From the NCBI GenBank assembly GCA_965208675.1, contig OZ242351.1:2272001-2336000 (forward strand): DNA of 64,000 bases. Direction: 5' to 3'. Origin of the DNA: Candidatus Poribacteria bacterium (GTDB lineage: Bacteria > Poribacteria > WGA-4E > PCPOR2b). Below the pieces are notes generated by a model. That model was not told the DNA's origin and did not search any database. It saw only the letters and a program-made list of their open reading frames with translations. The position numbers and the translations under genes are program-made. Shown one piece after another: positions 1 through 11,146 of this stretch. The first letter of the stretch is position 1. Each line of letters begins with the position of its first letter.

Positions 1-534
1 ATTACGCAACAGACAGAAGAACAGATTGCGTTGCGGGGAATCGGCAGGAAGTTTCAAACGCCGACCGTTTTTGATAGCCTCACGACCTACGAAAATATGG
101 AGCTCGCCCTACCGGGCCACTACCATCTGTGGCCCAATCTGTTTGGACACACAACAAAAGCCCAGCGGGAACACATCTTAGAAATTTTAGAGCGAGTCGG
201 ACTCGTAGATGCGTTAGACCTTGAAGCCAAGTATTTGAGTCACGGACAACGTCAATGGTTGGCGATTAGCACGCTTATCCTATCCAACCCCAAATTGCTC
301 CTCGTCGATGAACCTGCCGCCGGTTTAACGGATGCCGAAACGGCGTTGACAGCGGAACTTCTCCTTGAGTTGAAAGGCGACCATACGCTTATCGTCATTG
401 AGCACGATATGGATTTTGTACGCCAGCTTGATTCGTTCGTAACCGTGCTGAATGAAGGAGTCATCATGGCGGAAGGATCCATGCAAGAGGTTCAGCAAAA
501 AGAGGAGGTCATTGAGGCATATCTCGGCAGATAG
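1..534 (+). CDS. urtD: Urea ABC transporter ATP-binding subunit (5'-truncated by window edge)
   Basis: GIGRKFQTPTVF, LSHGQRQWL signature, LLLVDEP Walker B, IEHDM; frame open from base 1; upstream of urtE and urease. Confidence 0.9.
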   Translation: MTQQTEEQIALRGIGRKFQTPTVFDSLTTYENMELALPGHYHLWPNLFGHTTKAQREHILEILERVGLVDALDLEAKYLSHGQRQWLAISTLILSNPKLLLVDEPAAGLTDAETALTAELLLELKGDHTLIVIEHDMDFVRQLDSFVTVLNEGVIMAEGSMQEVQQKEEVIEAYLGR

Positions 535-583
535 CGACGAGAACGCGGGCTTCAGAATTAGAGAAACCCGTTTGGATGTGCGT

Positions 584-625
584 TTACACATTACTCGTTA
601 CGCATTACGTATTACGTATCACCAA
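584..625 (+). repeat. Short heptamer tandem repeat (TTACRYA-like, about 6 units)
   Basis: ttacaca-ttactcg-ttacgca-ttacgta-ttacgta-tcaccaa in the urtD-urtE spacer. Confidence 0.7.
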
Positions 626-629
626 CATC

Positions 630-1325
630 ATGCTAACAGTCTCGAATCTCTCATTTTCATACGGCGAAGTCCAAGTGCTGCGTGGGGTGGATGTTCATGT
701 TCCTGCGGAGACAATTGTCTCGATGATGGGACGTAACGGTGTGGGAAAAACGACACTGATGAACAATATCGTCGGGCTGCTCAAACCGACGTCCGGCTCG
801 ATAAAAATCGAAGACCGTGAACTTGTGCGCGTTTCGACGCACCGGCGGATACGAGCCGGGTTGGCTTACGTACCGCAGGGTCGGATGATATTTCCGAAAC
901 TGACGGTTGAGGAAAATTTACGGGTCGGGCTATCGGCGCGTGCTGATAAACGCACACAAATCCCGGATGAGATTTATGAACTCTTCCCAATTCTCAAAGA
1001 GATGGGAGGTCGGATGGGCGGCGACCTCTCCGGGGGGCAGCAACAGCAACTCGCTATAGGACGCGCGCTCGTCACTGATCCGAAGGTTCTTATCTTGGAC
1101 GAACCCACCGAGGGCATCCAACCGAACATCATCCAACAGATTGGGGTGGTGCTGCGGCAATTGGTGCAAAACAGACGGCTTACAATTCTTATCGTCGAAC
1201 AGTACCTCGATTTTGTTCGGGAATTCTGCCAGCAGTTTTACATCATGAACCGCGGTGAGATTGTCGCACACGGTGAAACCGACGCGCTCAACCAGAACAT
1301 GATTCGGGAGTACCTCAGCGTCTAA
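630..1325 (+). CDS. urtE: Urea ABC transporter ATP-binding subunit
   Basis: GRNGVGKTT, YVPQGRMIFP, LSGGQQQQLAI, LDEPTEGIQP; ATG at 630 chosen (MLTVSNL). Confidence 0.92.
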   Translation: MLTVSNLSFSYGEVQVLRGVDVHVPAETIVSMMGRNGVGKTTLMNNIVGLLKPTSGSIKIEDRELVRVSTHRRIRAGLAYVPQGRMIFPKLTVEENLRVGLSARADKRTQIPDEIYELFPILKEMGGRMGGDLSGGQQQQLAIGRALVTDPKVLILDEPTEGIQPNIIQQIGVVLRQLVQNRRLTILIVEQYLDFVREFCQQFYIMNRGEIVAHGETDALNQNMIREYLSV

Positions 1326-1326
1326 G

Positions 1327-2175
1327 ATGTCACGCATCAGCTCTATTGCAGGACGCCACGGCGAACTCAAACTCGCTTTCGAACAACGAAACGGCAGTAC
1401 GGTGTTGGCGGCGAGCTTCTTCAGAGTGCCGTTACAGGTGATGAAGCCGCGTTACGATGCGTCGAGCTGTGCTTGTGTATACCTTTTGAGTCCAACAGGA
1501 GGTGTCGTTCAGGGCGACGATTATCAGATTGAGATTACGCTCGCTGCTAACACTCACGCAATTCTGACGACGCAGGCGGCGACGAAAGTTTACGCCATGC
1601 CCAAGCAGGGCGCATCGCAATCAATGCGGGTGCAGGTCGGGCAAGACGCATTCTTTGAATACTTGCCGGATCCAACAATCCTATTTCGAGACGCGAATTT
1701 TAGTCAAAGTATCACCCTCTCTTTAGAGCGCGGCGCAAAGGTTGCCCTGCAGGAAATTGTTATGCCGGGGCGGTTGGCGCGGGGAGAAACGTTGGCATTC
1801 ACGCGTTTTGCTAGCCGCATAGAGGCTTCAAATACGGATGGGCTATTTCTGTTTGACGCATGCTGCATCCAACCGGACCGCCAATCTTACCTCACCAAAC
1901 TAGCAGTGTTAGAGAGATATACTTGCTGGGGAAGTTGGTATCTCATCGGCGATTTTGAAATGCCCGAATGGGAGCCGTTTTGTACATTTGCCGAGCCGTT
2001 GCTCAACCAGCCTTCGAAATCGTCGGGCGGAGTGTCTCAGTTGCATCAGAGCGGTATCGCAATCCGGATGCTCGCCCACAACGCAGGGACGATTTATTCT
2101 GCTTTTCAGGCGATCTGGAATTGGCTGAAGCTGGAACATTTTGGACTCGACAGCGTTGATTTGCGGAAGTATTAA
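1327..2175 (+). CDS. ureD: Urease accessory protein UreD/UreH
   Basis: YLLSPTGGVVQGDD, LTTQAATKVY, EYLPDPTI, GRLARGE; ends LRKY; directly before ureA. Confidence 0.92.
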   Translation: MSRISSIAGRHGELKLAFEQRNGSTVLAASFFRVPLQVMKPRYDASSCACVYLLSPTGGVVQGDDYQIEITLAANTHAILTTQAATKVYAMPKQGASQSMRVQVGQDAFFEYLPDPTILFRDANFSQSITLSLERGAKVALQEIVMPGRLARGETLAFTRFASRIEASNTDGLFLFDACCIQPDRQSYLTKLAVLERYTCWGSWYLIGDFEMPEWEPFCTFAEPLLNQPSKSSGGVSQLHQSGIAIRMLAHNAGTIYSAFQAIWNWLKLEHFGLDSVDLRKY

Positions 2176-2193
2176 ACTCGGAGGAAATTACTC

Positions 2194-2496
2194 GTGAACT
2201 TAACGCCCCGTGAACAAGAGAAGTTGCTGATTTACGTTGCGGCGCAGCTTGCCAATGATCGGCGGGCACGCGGCTTAAAACTCAACTACCCTGAAGCGGT
2301 CGCCATTATCACCGCCGAAATTCTGGAGGGCATCCGTGAGGGAAAATCGGTCGCAGAACTGATGCAATACGGCACCACCCTACTGAACCGCGGCGATGTA
2401 ATGGACGGCGTGCCGGAGATGCTCCACGACGTGCAGGTCGAAGGTACGTTCCCCGACGGCACGAAGCTCGTCACTGTCCACAATCCGATTCGGTAA
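2194..2496 (+). CDS. ureA: Urease gamma subunit
   Basis: [11 protein letters not shown]...LNYPEA...[15 protein letters not shown]; GTG start after GGAGG. Confidence 0.98.
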   Translation: MNLTPREQEKLLIYVAAQLANDRRARGLKLNYPEAVAIITAEILEGIREGKSVAELMQYGTTLLNRGDVMDGVPEMLHDVQVEGTFPDGTKLVTVHNPIR

Positions 2497-2522
2497 TAAT
2501 GAGCAGTTAAAGGAGCAAAGAG

Positions 2523-2837
2523 ATGATTCCCGGAGAATTCATACTTGCGGAAGGCGGCATTACCGCCAACGTTGGGCGCAAGACCGTCGAGTTAGCTGTT
2601 GCGAACACCGGTGACCGGCCCATACAGGTCGGATCGCACTTCCACTTTTTCGAGGTCAACACCGCACTCCTATTTGATAGGGAGAAGGCGTTCGGTATGC
2701 GGCTGAATATCCCGTCAGGCGTCGCTGTACGCTTTGAACCGGGCGATGAAAAAACTGTGACGCTCACGGAACTAAAGGGCAAAAGAATCGTGCACGGATT
2801 GAACAATCTGACCAACGGACCGCTTGACGAAGCGTAA
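2523..2837 (+). CDS. ureB: Urease beta subunit
   Basis: MIPGE...[17 protein letters not shown]...AVRFEPG. Confidence 0.98.
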   Translation: MIPGEFILAEGGITANVGRKTVELAVANTGDRPIQVGSHFHFFEVNTALLFDREKAFGMRLNIPSGVAVRFEPGDEKTVTLTELKGKRIVHGLNNLTNGPLDEA

Positions 2838-2848
2838 AGGAGTGCAAA

Positions 2849-4567
2849 ATGCCTCTCAACATCCCGCGACGCACCTACACAGACATCTACGGACCGACCG
2901 TCGGAGATAAAATTCGCCTTGCGGACACCGAACTATTTATCGAAGTCGAGCGTGATTTTACAACTTACGGCGATGAGTCGAAATTTGGAGGCGGCAAGAC
3001 GCTGCGCGACGGCATGGGACAGATGCCCGGTGCAACAAGTGCGGACGGTGTGCTCGATCTCGTACTAACCAATGCGCTAATCCTAGACTATTGGGGAATT
3101 GTCAAGGCAGACATCGGCGTGCGAAACGGAAAAATCGTCGGGATTGGCAAGGCGGGGAATCCAAACATAATGGACGGCGTCACAGAAGGTATGATCGTCG
3201 GTGCAGGCACGGAAGCTATTGCTGCCGAGGGGATGATTGTCACGCCAGGCGGACTTGATGTCCACATCCACTTCATCTGTCCCCAGCAAATTGATGAAGC
3301 CCTCTCTTCGGGAATCACGACGATGATTGGCGGCGGGACTGGACCAGCGACCGGCACCAACGCCACCACCTGCACCCCGGGCGCGTGGAACATTGCGCGA
3401 ATGCTGGAAGCTGCAGACGGTTTCCCAATCAACCTCGGTTTTCTGGGCAAGGGCAACTCATCGCTGCCGGCGTCACTCAACGAACAGATTGAGGCGGGCG
3501 CGTTGGGATTGAAACTCCACGAGGATTGGGGTACGACACCCGCTGCAATCGACTGCTGCCTATCCGTCGCCGAGGAATACGATGTGCAGGTCGCCATACA
3601 CACCGACACACTCAACGAGGCGGGGTTTGTCGAGGATTCCATTGCCGCATTTAAGGGACGAACCATCCACACCTACCACACTGAAGGCGCGGGGGGCGGA
3701 CATGCGCCGGATATCATCAAGGTCTGCGGTCAAAGCAACGTGCTGCCCTCCTCGACCAATCCTACGCGGCCGTTCACGGTCAACACCATTGATGAGCACC
3801 TCGACATGCTAATGGTCTGCCACCATCTAGACTCCTCTATCCCCGAAGACCTGGCATTCGCCGAGTCCCGGATCCGCCCGGAGACTATCGCCGCCGAGGA
3901 TATCCTGCACGACCTCGGCGCATTCAGTATGATGGCGTCCGATTCACAGGCGATGGGGCGTGTCGGCGAAGTCATTCTCCGCACGTGGCAGACTGCCCAC
4001 AAAATGAAAGTCCAACGTGGGCGCCTTCCTGATGAAACGGGCGAAAACGACAACGTTCGTGCAAAACGCTATATCTCCAAATACGCAATAAACCCGGCAA
4101 TCACGCACGGTGTCAACGACCACGTGGGATCGATTGAGGTGGGCAAACTCGCCGATCTCGTGATATGGGATCCAGCCTTTTTTGGCGTCAAACCGCAATT
4201 GGTGCTGAAGGGCGGATTCCTCGTCTGGGCGGCGATGGGCGACGCAAACGCTTCCATTCCAACTCCTCAGCCGGTTCTAGGGCGTCCGATGTTTGGCGCT
4301 TTTGGTCGCCTCCCGTATACCGCCTCCTACACGTTTGTTTCACAGGCTGCTGTTGCGAGAGAGGTCGGTGTGCGTCTCAATCTTCAAAAGCCGACGGTTG
4401 CCGTGCAAAACTGCCGCACTCTAGACAAATCCTCCATGATAAAAAATTCCTACCTGCCGAAGATGGAAGTAAATCCAGAAACCTACGAAGTTCGCGCGGA
4501 TGGCGAACTCCTCACGTGCGAACCCGCCGAAGTCCTTCCCATGGCGCAGCGTTACTTCCTGTTTTGA
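2849..4567 (+). CDS. ureC: Urease alpha subunit
   Basis: [44 protein letters not shown]; ends QRYFLF. Confidence 0.99.
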   Translation: MPLNIPRRTYTDIYGPTVGDKIRLADTELFIEVERDFTTYGDESKFGGGKTLRDGMGQMPGATSADGVLDLVLTNALILDYWGIVKADIGVRNGKIVGIGKAGNPNIMDGVTEGMIVGAGTEAIAAEGMIVTPGGLDVHIHFICPQQIDEALSSGITTMIGGGTGPATGTNATTCTPGAWNIARMLEAADGFPINLGFLGKGNSSLPASLNEQIEAGALGLKLHEDWGTTPAAIDCCLSVAEEYDVQVAIHTDTLNEAGFVEDSIAAFKGRTIHTYHTEGAGGGHAPDIIKVCGQSNVLPSSTNPTRPFTVNTIDEHLDMLMVCHHLDSSIPEDLAFAESRIRPETIAAEDILHDLGAFSMMASDSQAMGRVGEVILRTWQTAHKMKVQRGRLPDETGENDNVRAKRYISKYAINPAITHGVNDHVGSIEVGKLADLVIWDPAFFGVKPQLVLKGGFLVWAAMGDANASIPTPQPVLGRPMFGAFGRLPYTASYTFVSQAAVAREVGVRLNLQKPTVAVQNCRTLDKSSMIKNSYLPKMEVNPETYEVRADGELLTCEPAEVLPMAQRYFLF

Positions 4568-4635
4568 CAACTGTTCCCGCTACGCAAAAATCCCCACAAA
4601 CCCAAACTGTCCTCCCTCCAACGTCCACGCAACAC

Positions 4636-4664
4636 TTGAATTTCTCGCTGAATTCAACTATAAT
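4636..4664 (+). promoter_or_regulatory. Putative sigma70 promoter
   Basis: TTGAAT-17 nt-TATAAT upstream of the rhodanese fusion. Confidence 0.65.
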
Positions 4665-4703
4665 TAGCGGTAGGGCTGACCATACCAGTTGGAGGAATTA
4701 AAT

Positions 4704-5498
4704 TTGGATGGCCGTATCCGGCACTACGAAGACAAATTAAGCTACGAAACCGATTCATGGGACCTCAATGAAGCCATTCAAAACGGCGAGAGAATTGTCG
4801 TAATCGACGCACGTTCTTCCGAAGCGTTCGAAGAAGAACACATCCCCGGAGCGGTCAGTTTGCCGCATCGGACGATGTGCCAAGAGACGACAACCCATAT
4901 GGATCGAGAAGTTCTCTACGTCACATACTGCGACGGTATCGGTTGCAATGCGTCAACCAAAGGCGCACTCAAGATGGCACAGTTAGGATTCCGCGTGAAG
5001 GAGCTAATCGGCGGCTTGGATTGGTGGAAGCGGGATGGTTATCCTACTGAGAATTGCGAGACTGGATCAGAATCGAAGTCAATGTCTTCCGCGCGGAAAA
5101 ATTTTCTTGGTAGCGTGTCAACAGAAAATAACGTGATCTCTTTCGAAGTTAGGTGTTCACAGAACGGCGAAAGACATCTGACGATCAGCGAGTCAAATCA
5201 AGCAAACGATTACTACAGGCACAATCGAATTGTGGTCTTTGAAGAGAACATAGAATCGTTTTTATCAGGCCTAGACAAAGCCATCAAATCGTTAAGACTG
5301 CCTGGTCAACCTGAATCGTACAGTGTGAAGGAAATACGCAGAAATCATCCGAGGGCTTACGAAAAATGGTCTTCCGAAGAAGATGAGGAATTGAAGAAAA
5401 GGCATAGTATGGGGTTAAGCCCCTCAGAACTAGCTAAGCATTTTCAACGCAAACCAGGTGCGATTCAGTCACGCTTGACCAAGTTAGGCTTGAAATAG
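4704..5498 (+). CDS. Rhodanese domain fused to a PUR/DUF3276-like domain and a C-terminal HTH
   Basis: VIDARS..F..EHIPGA, YCDGIGCNAS, LIGGLDWW; then HLTISES...RHNRIVVFEE; then AYEKWSSEEDEEL...FQRKPGAIQSRL. TTG start at 4704 follows GGAGGA (track start 4689). Confidence 0.75.
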   Translation: MDGRIRHYEDKLSYETDSWDLNEAIQNGERIVVIDARSSEAFEEEHIPGAVSLPHRTMCQETTTHMDREVLYVTYCDGIGCNASTKGALKMAQLGFRVKELIGGLDWWKRDGYPTENCETGSESKSMSSARKNFLGSVSTENNVISFEVRCSQNGERHLTISESNQANDYYRHNRIVVFEENIESFLSGLDKAIKSLRLPGQPESYSVKEIRRNHPRAYEKWSSEEDEELKKRHSMGLSPSELAKHFQRKPGAIQSRLTKLGLK

Positions 5499-5825
5499 CA
5501 TCGTAAACTTTTTAAGCTAAGAACTAGCCAATTGTCGCATTTGGTGGCATCAAATCGTGGTTTTATCTTTGCTAGTGACCTGTGCCGATTTTTGGCCTAT
5601 TGAGTGTGCTCGGGCGAGCTGTTTCGTAGGATTCCATACGTTTTTATTACGGCATGCACAATGCGTGTGCGGAATGAATAATTATATGGGACTGCGATAG
5701 GTACTCCCGCACGAGGGCTTGGGAACGCGCACCAGCATATCTATATCTCCGATTCTGAATCACGGTATTCCGAGTCGTTGCGGGTTTCCCATAATCCATT
5801 CGACGCAGCTTTGAAGGACATACCC

Positions 5826-6386
5826 ATGAAATACGACGAGAATTCGCCATTCTATAAATTGCTCGCTACGAAATATAAGGCGGAAGAAGAAAACTTTGGC
5901 ATAGCCCTTATCGAATCTCATCCGGAAATCGCAACGTTGGTATGGCCCGGTCCAGATGAAGAGGGGCAACCATTCATCAAAGGGAGTACGGCGCTGCATT
6001 ACGCCGCCAATGACGGAAAAGACAGGCTTGTCCTCAAACTTCTCGCGCATGGTGCGGACATCAATGCCAGCAATGCAAATTGGTATCGATCTGTGCTATC
6101 TTGGGCCGCAAACAACGCGCGAATATCAACCATCCGTCTGCTTCTTGAAAACGGCGCGTACCCAAATTCGCTGGATGCGGTGCATGCCGCCGCTTACGGC
6201 GGATCGGCGTGCGGAGAAGGTGAAGAGCAGGAGTATGCCGAGTCGCTTAGAATCCTGATTGAAGCGGGCGCCGATATGAACGATCGAAGACATTATCAGA
6301 ACCAAACACCGTTGCGCGTTGCTTTGAACAGCGGCAACAGAGGGGCAATTGAATATTTGTCCAGTATTAGCGCCACTGAAGAATAA
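5826..6386 (+). CDS. Ankyrin-repeat protein
   Basis: STALHYAA, LLAHGADINA, LLLENGA, LIEAGADMN, QTPLRVA; ATG after GAAGGA. Confidence 0.88.
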   Translation: MKYDENSPFYKLLATKYKAEEENFGIALIESHPEIATLVWPGPDEEGQPFIKGSTALHYAANDGKDRLVLKLLAHGADINASNANWYRSVLSWAANNARISTIRLLLENGAYPNSLDAVHAAAYGGSACGEGEEQEYAESLRILIEAGADMNDRRHYQNQTPLRVALNSGNRGAIEYLSSISATEE

Positions 6387-6554
6387 ATCCAAACTAACCC
6401 ACTGATACAAGCGGTGATTTCCTTTTCGTTGCATGAGAGCCATTTGAGTTACTTTGGTCTCGTACGGTTTAGGCAGGTCTCCGACGCGCTAGTCCCAAAT
6501 CCTCTAGATAACGGAGTTTGTTCATTCATCGAGTAAGTTAAGGAAGTTTCAAAC

Positions 6555-7286
6555 ATGAGCAACGCCAAGGCACTTATACCTCTCGGTTTAATACTCGCGC
6601 TCGGCCTTGTAATATCGACCTACCTCGTCACAAAATTCGCGCGAGAGGTCGTCATGGCTCATCAAATCATCAAGGTCAGGGGATACGCAGAAATTCCCGC
6701 CGAGTCGGATTTGGCGATATGGCATATCACCGTCAAAGCGAAAGACAGAGATTTGACAAAGGCATATCCTGTTCTTGCCTCACATAGCGAAGCAGTGGTG
6801 GCTTTTCTGAAGGAAAACGGTGTGAAATCCGAGGAAACAAAAATATTTCCAGTCCAAGTACGCGAGCACAATATCCGCACCGAAAACGGCCATAAAACAA
6901 GCGAGGTTGAGGCATTCCAACTTTCACAGGACATTACGGTCAACTCGAAGGACGTGCACAACATATCAAAAATTGCGACATCAATAGCCGATCTTCTCGG
7001 GCGAGGAGTAAACTTTAAGATGGATATGCCAGGCTATTACTTTACGGGGGTCAACGCACTAAAGAGTACGCTACTCGTGGAGGCAACAAAAGACGCACGG
7101 ATGCGGGCGAAGACGTTGGCGGAGGGCAGCGAAGCGAATCTAGGTCCGCTCCGCGCCGCGCGTCAAGGAAAATTTAGCGTTCAGTCCGCATACTCGAGCA
7201 GCATTGCAGAGGAAGCCAGTGATGATGTTTCGTCTATTGCAAAGAAAGTCACTGCCGTTGTAACATTCGATTATATAATGCGATGA
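6555..7286 (+). CDS. SIMPL (DUF541) domain protein
   Basis: N-terminal TM helix, IKVRGYAE..SDLAIW, EATKDARMRA..LA, LRAARQGKF. Confidence 0.85.
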   Translation: MSNAKALIPLGLILALGLVISTYLVTKFAREVVMAHQIIKVRGYAEIPAESDLAIWHITVKAKDRDLTKAYPVLASHSEAVVAFLKENGVKSEETKIFPVQVREHNIRTENGHKTSEVEAFQLSQDITVNSKDVHNISKIATSIADLLGRGVNFKMDMPGYYFTGVNALKSTLLVEATKDARMRAKTLAEGSEANLGPLRAARQGKFSVQSAYSSSIAEEASDDVSSIAKKVTAVVTFDYIMR

Positions 7287-7393
7287 AAGCCTGACACACC
7301 TTCACGACATCTAAATTAAGAGGGTTTTGTTGCCGTCCGGTGTTTGTCCGTAATTCATACAGCAACCAGACTCGGAGGCTTTTAACAGCCAAA

Positions 7394-7867
7394 ATGAGCG
7401 AAAAAGAGGTATTAATATTCACTGACGGCGCCTGTCTCGGTAACCCGGGTAAGGGTGGATACGGCGTTGTGCTCTGTTATAATGGCAACCAGAAGCAGTT
7501 ATCCGGAGGGTTCCGTCTCACCACAAACAACCGGATGGAAATCATGGCGGCAATTGTCGGATTGGAGGCGCTGAAGTCGCCCTGCTCGGTTACGCTGTAC
7601 ACGGATTCAAAATACCTCGCCGACGCAATCACCAAAGGGTGGGCGCGGCGATGGCGAGCAAAGGGATGGTGGAGAACGGACAAAGAAAAAGCCTTAAATG
7701 CCGACCTGTGGACGAGATTGCTGGATTTGTGCGAGCAACATAATGTCAAATTCCGCTGGATTAAAGGGCACGCGGGGCATGAGTGGAATGAGATTTGCGA
7801 TAAGATTTCAAAGGAAGCCGCAGGTGCCCCTAATCTTCCTGATGATGATGGGTATGTAGCGCATTAG
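7394..7867 (+). CDS. rnhA: Ribonuclease HI
   Basis: [43 protein letters not shown]. Confidence 0.97.
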   Translation: MSEKEVLIFTDGACLGNPGKGGYGVVLCYNGNQKQLSGGFRLTTNNRMEIMAAIVGLEALKSPCSVTLYTDSKYLADAITKGWARRWRAKGWWRTDKEKALNADLWTRLLDLCEQHNVKFRWIKGHAGHEWNEICDKISKEAAGAPNLPDDDGYVAH

Positions 7868-7896
7868 TGCAAGCGGAAAGCACGGAGAGCGGGATA

Positions 7897-8268
7897 ATGA
7901 TTGGAAAGATAGCCACATCGGCGGTCTACGTGACAAATCAAGATAAAGCCATACAGTTTTGGGGAGAACAGGTCGGCTTTGAAATACGCCGTGATTTACC
8001 CATGGGCCCCGGTGCAAAATGGATTGAAATGGCGCCGCCGGGCGCCGAATCCTGCATCGTCATCTACCCAAAAAGCATGATGGAGGATTGGGCTGAACGG
8101 AAGCCATCCATGGTGTTTGAATGCGAGGATATAGAACAAACTCACAGGGAGATGGCTGCGCGGGGTGTAGAATTTTCACAGGAACCTAAGGAAATGCCGT
8201 GGGGTATGTTCGCCATCTTTTTGGACCCCGAAGGCAATTGGTACGGTTTACGAGAAGCATCCAAATAA
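7897..8268 (+). CDS. VOC/glyoxalase family protein
   Basis: VYVTNQDKAIQFW..VGF, WIEMAPPG, PWGMFAIFLDPEGN. Confidence 0.9.
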   Translation: MIGKIATSAVYVTNQDKAIQFWGEQVGFEIRRDLPMGPGAKWIEMAPPGAESCIVIYPKSMMEDWAERKPSMVFECEDIEQTHREMAARGVEFSQEPKEMPWGMFAIFLDPEGNWYGLREASK

Positions 8269-8314
8269 AACACGCTACCTTCACTCGCGCTGCTGAAATC
8301 TTTGCCCTCTCATC

Positions 8315-11146
8315 TCACTTTGCCGACATCCAATTGTCCCCAATCCCTACCTCCGTCCGAAGGGGAACTCGCAACGTCATCGCGCCTTCCATTTCCTCGC
8401 GCACAACGGCTGCATGTGCGTCAGCGAACGATTCAGGCGTTTCATATACCAATTCGTCGTGAATCTGTAGCAGCAGTTTCAACGGCAAACAGTCTCCATC
8501 AATGCGCCGCTGCACGTTCACCATCGCCGCTTTAATTAAGTCTGCCGCGCTGCCCTGAACCACCGTGTTGAACGCTAAACGTTCACCTTGACTTTGACGG
8601 TGCCGGTTCGAGGAGTGAATCTCCGGGATAGCCCGCCGCCGTCCGGTGAGCGTGCAAACATATCCGTGTTCCAAAGCCTGTTGGATACACCGATTCAAGA
8701 AAATCTCGATTCCCGGAAAGCGTTCCTTGTAGTCGTTAATCAACGCCGTAGCGGTCTTTACGTCCATACCCTTAATCCGCCGCGCGAGTCCAAACGGGGA
8801 TACTCCATAGATGATGCCAAAATTTATCGTCTTCGCACGGTCGCGCTGTTCCCGCGTCACGCTCTCAATCGGGACGCCGTACACCTGCGAAGCCACGGAC
8901 GTGTGGATGTCAAGTCCTTTCTCAAACACCTCAATCAAGCCAGGGTCTTCGCTGAAGTGAGCGAGCAACCGGAGTTCAATCTGTGAGTAGTCGGCGCAGA
9001 TGAGTTTTTTGCCATCCGGGGCTTTGAATGCCTTACGAAGTTGGCGTCCCACCTCTGTCCGCACCGGGATATTTTGTAGGTTGGGCCCGTGCGACGCCAA
9101 CCTCCCTGTTGCAGTGGTGAGTTGATGGAACGTGGCATGAATGCGCCCCGTCTCCTTGTTGACCGCGTTTCGAAGTTGATCAAGGTAGGTGCTAGTCAAT
9201 TTGGTGAGTTGGCGGTACTCAATAATAAGACGCGGTATCGTCGTGTGAGGCTGATTCAAGTCCTCCTGCGCGGTGAGCCGTTCCAACACGGTCACGTCCG
9301 TACCCCACCGGCCGCTCTTCGTCCGTTTCACCGGCTCAAAACCGAGTTTGTCGAAGAGCACCTCCCCAAGTTGCTGCGTGGACTCCAGATGGAATTCGCC
9401 GCCGGCAAGCTCCCAAATTTCCGTGCGGAGTGCGTCGATTCGCTCGTTGATAATTTCGCCTTGCCGCGCCAACTCCTCCGGATCGCAGACAACGCCGTTG
9501 AACTCAATCTCCGCAATGATTGGCGCGAGCGGCGATTCAATTTCGCGTACAAGGGCAGTAATGCCCATCTCCTCCAACTTGGGCAGTAGGTGGTGATACA
9601 AGCGAAGCACGATGTCAGTGTCCTCGGAGGCATAGGTGGTAACCTGCGCCAACGGAATCGTGTCGATAGCTCTCTCTTCCTCACCCTCACCTATCAGGTC
9701 AGCGATTGGAATCATTTTATAGTTAAGGTGAAGCAAGGCGACGGTATCCAGCCGGTGCCCCGGTTGTTCAGGATCGATTAACAGGCTGGCGAGCATCGTA
9801 TCAAAAACGACGCCGCGCAGTTTAGAACCGTTTCGCAGCAGCACGTGCGCATCAAACTTCAGATTGTGACCGCACTTGTGCAGATTGCTGTCTTCCAAAA
9901 TCGGTTTCAGGGCACCTAAGACAGTTTCAGTATCGAGGTGTTCGCTCGGATTTGGCGAGCGAACCGGAACATAAACGCCGCGCCCAGGCTCCCATGAGAA
10001 ACTCAAACCGCAGAGCGCTGCGTCTCGCGCCAGACTGGTCGTCTCCGTATCAACGCTGACAATCGGCTGATCACGGAGTGCCGCCGCGAGTTCTTCCAAC
10101 TGTCCCGGTGTCGTGATAGCAGTGTAGGTACCCGTGCTGGCGGTGCCGTAGTCGCCTTTTTCCAGAATCGCTGTCGTTTGCTCTTCCAAAACTGCGACCC
10201 GCTCCTTCCTTGTCGTGGGAGTGGGAACTTTCGCGGAAACCGCCGGTTCGGTGCCATCGGTTAGTTGCTCCAACTCCCTCCGAAACCGGTTAAACCCCAA
10301 CTGCTCAAACAGCAGCATAAGTTTTTGGCGGTCAATGGAGTCGACCCGCGCTTGATCTAGCGAAAACGGGAAGTCGGCGTCGCGTTTCAGTGTCACAAGG
10401 GTACGCGAAAGGGGCAAATGGGCACGTGCCTTGTCCAAATTTTCTCGACGTTTGCCTTTAATCTTGTCGATATTCTCGAATATACCGTCAATCGATCCAA
10501 AATCTTGTATCAGTTTGGCGGCGGTTTTTGGCCCAATGCCTTCAACACCGGGGACGTTGTCCACTTTATCGCCCATCAATGCAAGCAAATCAACCACTTG
10601 CGCCGGTGTTATGCCTTTATCCTTTTGCAGCGATGCCGCATCAATTGTTGCGTCTGAATGGATATCAAACATCGTAACGCGATCGCCGAGGAGCTGCTCA
10701 AGATCTTTGTCTTTAGAGACGATGCGGATTCGCAAGCCGTCGCATGCGGAGTCGTCAAGTAGGCGTTGGGTAATTGTGGCGATAACATCGTCGGCTTCTA
10801 AACCCGGCACACCGACGATTGGGATACCGAATAGTTCGGTTACCTCCAGAATTCGGGGTATCTGTGAGATTAGGTCGTCCGGGGTAGTCTCGCGAGTACC
10901 TTTGTACTCGTCATAGAGATCGTCGCGAAACGTCTTGCCGGGCATATCAATCGCGGCTACAACATAGTTTGGGCGAAACTGAGAGAGGAGTTTAAACAAC
11001 ATACCCGTGAAGCCGAAGACGGCGTGGGTCGGTTCTCCCGTAACAGAACTGCGCAATCCACCGCGAATGGCGTAGTACGCACGGAATATCTGTGCGTGCC
11101 CGTCAATTAGGTATAAAGTTTCAACCTGTTTATGTTCTGCCTCCAT
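8315..11146 (-). CDS. polA: DNA polymerase I
   Basis: LYLIDGH, EADDVIAT, GDKVDNVPGV, DTET, TGRLAS.GPNLQNIP, ADYSQIELR, AKTINFGIIYG, LQIHDEL. Confidence 0.98.
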   Translation of the reverse strand: MEAEHKQVETLYLIDGHAQIFRAYYAIRGGLRSSVTGEPTHAVFGFTGMLFKLLSQFRPNYVVAAIDMPGKTFRDDLYDEYKGTRETTPDDLISQIPRILEVTELFGIPIVGVPGLEADDVIATITQRLLDDSACDGLRIRIVSKDKDLEQLLGDRVTMFDIHSDATIDAASLQKDKGITPAQVVDLLALMGDKVDNVPGVEGIGPKTAAKLIQDFGSIDGIFENIDKIKGKRRENLDKARAHLPLSRTLVTLKRDADFPFSLDQARVDSIDRQKLMLLFEQLGFNRFRRELEQLTDGTEPAVSAKVPTPTTRKERVAVLEEQTTAILEKGDYGTASTGTYTAITTPGQLEELAAALRDQPIVSVDTETTSLARDAALCGLSFSWEPGRGVYVPVRSPNPSEHLDTETVLGALKPILEDSNLHKCGHNLKFDAHVLLRNGSKLRGVVFDTMLASLLIDPEQPGHRLDTVALLHLNYKMIPIADLIGEGEEERAIDTIPLAQVTTYASEDTDIVLRLYHHLLPKLEEMGITALVREIESPLAPIIAEIEFNGVVCDPEELARQGEIINERIDALRTEIWELAGGEFHLESTQQLGEVLFDKLGFEPVKRTKSGRWGTDVTVLERLTAQEDLNQPHTTIPRLIIEYRQLTKLTSTYLDQLRNAVNKETGRIHATFHQLTTATGRLASHGPNLQNIPVRTEVGRQLRKAFKAPDGKKLICADYSQIELRLLAHFSEDPGLIEVFEKGLDIHTSVASQVYGVPIESVTREQRDRAKTINFGIIYGVSPFGLARRIKGMDVKTATALINDYKERFPGIEIFLNRCIQQALEHGYVCTLTGRRRAIPEIHSSNRHRQSQGERLAFNTVVQGSAADLIKAAMVNVQRRIDGDCLPLKLLLQIHDELVYETPESFADAHAAVVREEMEGAMTLRVPLRTEVGIGDNWMSAK

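Noticed and set aside
3088-3672. Long antisense or alternate-frame ORFs (also 46333..46992, 52477..53268, 37054..37674 and others)
   Set aside because: They are shadows of well-supported genes on the opposite strand or frame.
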